Shown here one piece after another: positions 57,057 to 64,000 of a stretch of DNA of 64,000 nt. A program made the translations under genes and the position numbers. The notes under the pieces are model-generated. The model searched no databases, was not told the DNA's origin, and worked only from the letters and a program-made list of their open reading frames with translations. Positions within the stretch are counted from its first letter, which is position 1, and each line of letters opens with the position of its first letter. Origin of the DNA: Chrysomallon squamiferum (taxonomy: Eukaryota; Animalia; Mollusca); the NCBI GenBank assembly GCA_012295275.1, contig CM022677.1, forward strand, positions 17,856,001-17,920,000, written 5' to 3'.

Positions 57057-57636
57057 TGGCCAGACTAAAAAAAATGTATCCTTTTTTATGTATGTCTGTA
57101 TTTGAAATACTTGTCACTTTCTGAATTTAGAATAAAACAAAAATGGTGTGAAAAACTCATATTTAATTTCATTTGGCCTTAGTAATAGAGATAAACTGTA
57201 AAATATTATAGCAAAATTTTTTCATAATACTTATGGCCAGGCTGAAAAATATAATATTTGTCACGTTTTGAATTTAGGATAAAGAATGGCATGAAAAACT
57301 AATATTTATTTTGGTTTGGTCTTAGTACAGAGATAACAGTAAATATTATATTTATTTTTAATAATAGTTACAGCCAGACAGGAATATCTGATATTTGTCA
57401 CCATTTGGATTTTAGAATAAAGAAAGGTACGAAAAGCTAATATTTAATTTGTTTTTGGCATTAGTACAGAGGTAACAGTAAATATTATATTTATTTTTGA
57501 TAATAGTTACAGCCAGACAGGAATATCTGATATTTGTCACTATTTGGATTTAGAATAAAAAAAGGTACGAAAAGCTAATATTTAATTTGTTTTGGCCTTA
57601 GTACAGAGATAACATTTTTCATAACAATTGTGGCCT
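57057..57636. repeat. Tandem repeat of about 138 bp, 4 copies
   Basis: gccaga...tttgtcac...atttagaataaa...ctaatatttaattt...ggccttagtacagagataacagtaaatattata. Copies at 57371 and 57510 are nearly identical. Confidence 0.92.
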
Positions 57637-58999
57637 GGGTGGGGTGGGGCAGAGGCCTTGAGTTTACTCATCCTCTGTTCCTAGTCTGTTGTCAAGCTGG
57701 TTGCTAGGAGATGACATCATCCATTTGTTATCTAGTAAACTTCTTCTTAAAGGAAATGTTTTTTTTTTTTTTTTTTTTTTTTTTTTGAGATTTTGTTATC
57801 TAATTCTGTTTGCAAGAATTTGACTTCAGTCAGATCAATATGACAAGCATTATATATAGACAAAGAAAGACAGAAGGGGGAATGAGAGTGAGAGAGGGAA
57901 AAAAGCATACATACGTAGGTACATATGCATTATATATATATATATTTGTTTGTTCATGATTTTTCTTACAAGTCATGTTTATGTATAAATGACTGACACT
58001 AATATAAGGCAAATATTTAGAACTGCGTATATACCTTTCTATACTGGCTGTTTTTTTATTTCTCATATTTACTCTCCATCTTTCTCTCCCTCTCTCTTCA
58101 TTCTTCCACTTTCTTACTCTCTCTCTGCCCACCTCATTTTTTCCCTTTATCTGTGTCTCTTGCTCTCTTTTTTCTCCATTACATCTCATTATGGGAATGA
58201 TTTATATTTTATACACACTCACAGACACACACACATACACACACACACACACTCAAACTCACACTCACAGACACACACAGTCACAGACATCATCTTACAG
58301 TAACATTGTTTCTAACTGATATATTTTTTGAGTTTATTTTGTCAAAATATTCATTCATTCATTCATTCATCCCTTTGGGTTTTTTCTCTCAGCCTTTATC
58401 CTCTTTCAATCCACTCTTTATTCCTCTGTTTTCCTTGTCCTTCTGTCTCTCTCTCTCTGTGTCACTGTCTTTCTATTTTCCTTCCTTCGTCAAAATCTCC
58501 AAGCTTTTTTTTTTTTTTTTTTTTTCACTCTCCTTAATATTTCTTACATCCAACAACCTTTAGATAAATTTCTTTTTCAAAAAAAACCACCACCTACATT
58601 TTAAACTTTGTTTTCTTCACCACCATTACTTTGCAGCTGATGAGTAATATGTCTGGCCTATATCCCTTTTGTTGTCATCTTCTTTTTTTTTTTTTTTTTT
58701 TTTCCAATACAGGGTTGTATCCTTCGTGTTATATGGGTGGGGTCAAGTGGGTGTGGTCACAGTTTGGTTACAAGTGTTTGTAAAAAGATGAAGTAATGAG
58801 AAAATATCAGAGAGTAATGTAATTTGTTGTTGAGTGTTTATAAAAAGGGTGTGGTCGTTTTTTTTTTTAATTAAAGGTGCCTGCTATTGTTGTTGTTTAT
58901 TAATAACATTAGTCTGGTTTAGATCGATGTTAAGTATAATTATTATTGTTTCATTTAGTTGTATGTGTATTGTCATAGCCCCGTATATATTTTTATTTG

Positions 59000-59232
59000 T
59001 TGTATTATTTTGTTAATTTTATGCTGGTATTGAACTGAGGCTTAATATGTATATTTATTTGTGTGTGTGTGTGTCTGTGTGTGTTAATGTGTATATTTAT
59101 TTTTGCATATCCCAGTGTGTGTGTCTGTGTGTGTGTGTGTGTGTGTGTTCATACCTGTATTTATTTTTATTAGGTGTATTATTGTTAATTTTATACTGGT
59201 AATGAACTAAGGCTTAATGTGTATATTTTTTA
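59000..59232. repeat. Direct duplication of about 55 bp separated by (GT)n
   Basis: tgttaattttat.ctggta.tgaact.aggcttaat near 59011 and 59183. Confidence 0.85.
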
Positions 59233-59240
59233 TTGTACAA

Positions 59241-59278
<38 letters not shown>

Positions 59279-59817
59279 ATGTGCGTGTGTGTGTGTGTGT
59301 GTGCGTGTGTGTGTGTTTATGTTGTATTTATCTATCTAGTTATCTACACCACACATCTTTGCATGTGACTATGCACACAAACCTCTCATATCTTTTCTCT
59401 TATTCATCTGTCTGTCTGTCTGTGTTTATTTCTGTTTGTCTGTCTCCCTGTTTACCCAGCTAAATTAGTGTACTAACACAAAGTTCAGGCAGATAATAAA
59501 AGATCTATAACCCACATGTCCCAGGTACATAAAAAATATATTATGATTAACACTGCACAAAGAACATTCTATATATATATATATATATATATTACTTTAT
59601 AACTAACTGACAGAGGAAGGTGCGTGCTATCAGCTCGTATATACTCAGTACCTGTGTTATACGAATGCTTTATTCTGGGTGTAGTTCAGTTTGTTCTTTT
59701 AATTTAACGATAATTGTGTTTTTTAATAAACCTGTGGTTTATTATTACTTTTTTTTTTTAATTTAATTATTTTGGTTTGAGTTTGTCATTGTTACTTTTT
59801 TTTTTTTTCAATTATTA

Positions 59818-59855
<38 letters not shown>

Positions 59856-60131
59856 TTTTTCTAATAATAAGCTGTATATATACTTGATATCATGTTATAA
59901 CAATGGGTTGGTTATTCTGGGGGTGGGTTAATAGTTTATTTCTCTCTTCTTTTGGCTCACTGGGTATTTCTTTCTCAGTGTGTTTCTATTTTATTTATTT
60001 TTTTTCTTCAGAAGTTTTTAGCATTTATTTATTTATTCTTTTTTTTTCCAATTTCCATCCATCTGTGTATAAGTGTGTTAGTCTGTATATTTACTTTCTT
60101 GCTCAGTTGCTTCTTTGTAAGTAATAATTGA

Positions 60132-60183
60132 CTCTCTGTCTCTCTCTCTCTGCTTCTGTCTCCCTTCATATCATCTTGCTTTA

Positions 60184-60226
<43 letters not shown>

Positions 60227-60435
60227 TTCTGTTTCTCTGTGTCTCTCTCTCTGTCTGTCTCACTCTTTCTGTTTCTCTGTATCTCTCTCTCTCTCTCTCT
60301 CTGTATCTCTCTCTCTCTGTCTTTCTGTTTCTCTGTATCTCTCTCTCTCTCTCTCACTCTCTCTGTATCTCTCTCTCTGTGTCTCTTTCTGTTTCTCTGT
60401 ATCTCTCTTTCTCTTGCTCTGTCTCTCTTTCTGTT

Positions 60436-60520
<85 letters not shown>

Positions 60521-60590
60521 GTCTAACTCTTTCTGTTTCTCTCTCTCTCTCTCTCTCTCTCCCTCCCTCCCTCCCTCCATGTATCTCTCT
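60132..60590. repeat. Compound (CT)n/(CTGT)n low-complexity tract
   Basis: Direct observation. Confidence 0.95.
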
Positions 60591-61893
60591 ATATACATAG
60601 CTTAACAACACAGCTATGCTTTCGCCCACAGGAACAATGAATCCTAAAAAAAAAAAAAAAAAAAGAAGAAGAATGTACAATTAATCATAATTAAAGATTC
60701 CATGGTCTGACGTAGTCTGCTTTTTTTCAAATCCGCAATGGCAGTGGGACCAGCTGCTAACACCGTTCAAATGAGCTCTTCGCGAAAGAAGTTAATCTTA
60801 GTGTCACCCAAATGACCAATCGCAATCCATCTTTGGTAATTACCAGTTTGAACCGCAAGAAACCAGAAGATTTGAGTGGATTTGTTTTTAGGAGTCTTTT
60901 CTTTTTTTTTTTTTTTTTTTTTTAATTTTATTCTACATGTGGGTGAAAGAGAGTGTTTTAATTACAATTGATAATTTGTCAGCATTGTTGTTGTTGTTGC
61001 TGTTGTTGCTGCTGTTGTTGTTGTTATTGTTGCCTGAACCTTTGACAATATTTTAAAATAATTTTGTTTTCAGAAAATTAAAATTTGTCTTCTTAGTCAT
61101 AAATTAAACCAAAAAAAAAAATAAAAAAAATAAAAATACAGTTATCAGAACTTGATGCTAAGAACTGATGACAAGATTTTCATATCATAAACTAAATTAC
61201 TTGAAATAACTGAAATATTTAAAGAAATATTTTGCCTGGATTATTACTACCAAAAAACACTTTTTTTTTGGTTTCTTCTGTAAATTATAATTTAATATCT
61301 TCACCTAAAAACCAGTTACCAGTATATATACACACCTATATATACTGCAAACAACCTGTGAATAATATTTCTGTCTTTTTAAACTTCACTTGTATTACAC
61401 AATCAGAACCCTTCCCCTATTAACAAACATTTTTAATTTTTTTTTTCTTTTGTAAATTTAAACATATCTTCTTTGTCTGAAAATCAGTTAACAGAACGAA
61501 CCCTCGACTTCGTTTTCATTTTAACACCAGAAACACGAAACTTATCTCCCTTGGCTAAAATCAATAGGTTGTCTCGTTAATAAATTGTCTTCCTTTTGTT
61601 GTAAAAGAGCAGTTTTCTAACAAAGTCTGTCAGGAGTAAGATTTCACACTAGTTGTCTGCCAAAAAAAAAAAAAAAATCTGGTATTTCCTGGGTGTGTGT
61701 GTGTGTGTGTGTTGTATCAGGTTTATTACATAGGTGTTCAGGTGATATATGAAGATTCATCTCATTACTAAAGAAAATTATAATAATTGTCTGCCTGTCT
61801 AGCTTGGTTTGTTGTGTTATACCATTACATGAATAGCTGAAAGTTGATATATATATATTTTTTTAAATATTTTAATGATTAGTGCATGTGTGT

Positions 61894-61936
<43 letters not shown>

Positions 61937-62080
61937 AATCTCTGTACTTGAAACTGAGTATAAACTGCGGGTATATCTTCATAAAAATGTGTGTTTATGT
62001 CAGTCATTCATATGTATGTGTGTGTGCACAAACAGAATATATATACACATATACACACACACCACACATACATATATATA

Positions 62081-62116
<36 letters not shown>

Positions 62117-63666
62117 TATATGTATATGTATATGTACAATATATTATCTACATAGAAGTACATGACAGTGATACTTAGTTATGTATAACAGGCTTTGGAA
62201 AATGCATAATGGTCTCACTAACACATGCTGTGGTATATTGCATGAAAATGTATGTTAAATTTGTTTTCAACTGATGATGGTCTTTTTCTCTCTCGCACAC
62301 ACACACCCACACCCACACACACTCACATACTCACACACACTCACACACACACACACACACATGCACATACACAAACACATGCACACACACACAAACACAA
62401 ACACACACACACAATTAAAAGACTCATGCCTATGCATTGGATTAACAAAATGGCCGACAATGACACATTGATAAACCTTTGCTCTGTGATAGGGAATTAA
62501 AAGTGTAAATTTTTATTACAATTTTTTTTTTTTTTAAAATGTTGTATTTTAAAAAAAAAAAAACCAGTGCTGTTGCTTGGAAAAATCTGTCATCCTAGCC
62601 TGCTTATTAAATATTAAGACTTGATTACATTACAAAAATTCTCCAGACAATAATGCTGAAATGTCAAACGATAAGGCCTCGGTGACATAAATAGCTTAAA
62701 CCTGTGTTTTCAGAAATGGTAATTAATTAATATATACTGTTGTCTTGTTTTATTTTTATTTTAAGTATTGTTTTTATGTTTGTTATTTAATTTTTAGTGA
62801 TTTTCTCTATCTACTTTTTTAAACAGTAAAAATAAATTATATTTTATACAAAATACTACTATAACTATAATGATCAAAAAAGAATAATTTTTTTTTTTAA
62901 AGTTTGATGATAGAACTAAAAAATGGTTTCCCAACTTCTTAACACAGATGTTAATCCGTAGATTTGTCAGTCTGACAGAGAATCTGCATGGGTGCCATCT
63001 TAAAGAATGGTGCAATTTACTGCAGGGAATAATACAAATGGCAAACATCATAGTTTCTGTGTGTCGATAATGACACTGTGATGGCAATTCTTAACAGTTG
63101 ATGCTCTTTACAGAAATGGATGGATTTAAAAAAAAAAAAAAAAGGAATAAAATTAATGGCCGACGTGTGTGTGTGTGTCTGAAAACTGGTGCTTCAGTTT
63201 AAGGGAGGGATTTGCTACAAGGAATAAAAGCAAACAGCAAACACACAGAGACTGCAGCGTCAACATGACAACATCGTTTTGCTGTTTGCATTTGCCACCC
63301 AGGCATCGGCATCGGAATTATCGTTCTGTTACTCGGTAATTATCAAAATAAACAGATTCTTCCTGGAAACAGAAAAAAGAGAAAAAAGCCCCTAGATGTC
63401 TGTTAGTGCTGTGAACAAGGGAAAATATCGATAACGTCGAAATCAGAGGATACAGAGTGAAGGAGGAGGAGGAGGAGGATAGAGAAACAGGGAGGGAGGG
63501 AGAAGGGGAAAGGGATGGACAGGGGGAGGGAGGGAGGGAAAGAGAAGGAACCAGATGCCCAACCATTTCTCTGTCCTTTTTGGATTAATTCGTGATCAAT
63601 AATAAAACATTTGCTCTCTTTCTGTTTCTCTCGTTTTCTCTTGGTCACTCACTCTTCATGCTTTTA

Positions 63667-63754
<88 letters not shown>

Positions 63755-63843
63755 TTCAGTTTCTTTCACTCTTCATTCTTTTTCTGTCTCTTTCTCTATC
63801 CCTCTCATTCTTGTTTTTCGTTTCTGTCACTGTTTCTCTCTCT

Positions 63844-63917
<74 letters not shown>

Positions 63918-64000
63918 AAAACTAACACCGTGTTTTTATTTATAATCTGTCACATACTTGACTCCACTCACTCACCAGCAGTACCACCTTTCTTTGACAT

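Noticed and set aside
59635-59665. Small hairpin with partial resemblance to the reverse complement of miR-12
   Set aside because: The seed-end positions do not match and the stem is too short for a pre-miRNA.

Overview
This is eukaryotic (animal), AT-rich, non-coding DNA saturated with microsatellites ((AG)n, (AC)n, (AT)n, (AAT)n, (AGAC)n, poly-A/T). It resembles an invertebrate, possibly mollusc, genome, but the taxon is my inference. No protein-coding gene can be supported, since nearly all listed ORFs are translations of simple repeats. Between the repeats lie many short high-complexity islands that look cis-regulatory (RFX X-boxes, CAGGTR clusters, CCAAT pairs, nuclear-receptor half-sites), plus about 15 local tandem-repeat families. 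The strongest signal is two plus-strand sites about 22.5 kb apart (21649/21650 and 44130/44131). At each, a complete 3' splice site (branch point, pyrimidine tract, CAG) is fused directly to a consensus 5' splice site (GTAAGT or GTGAGT), and a second donor follows 60 or 80 nt downstream. This is the architecture of recursive-splicing ratchet points with cryptic RS-exons. It suggests the window lies mostly inside a giant plus-strand intron that is removed stepwise. Other oddities include a 7-copy ~170-bp array with a near-invariant 28-nt palindromic, acceptor-like core, a ~21-copy CTTACCT pyrimidine minisatellite, candidate micro- and first exons, and plus-strand-favoured hairpins. All motif calls were made by eye and are untested.
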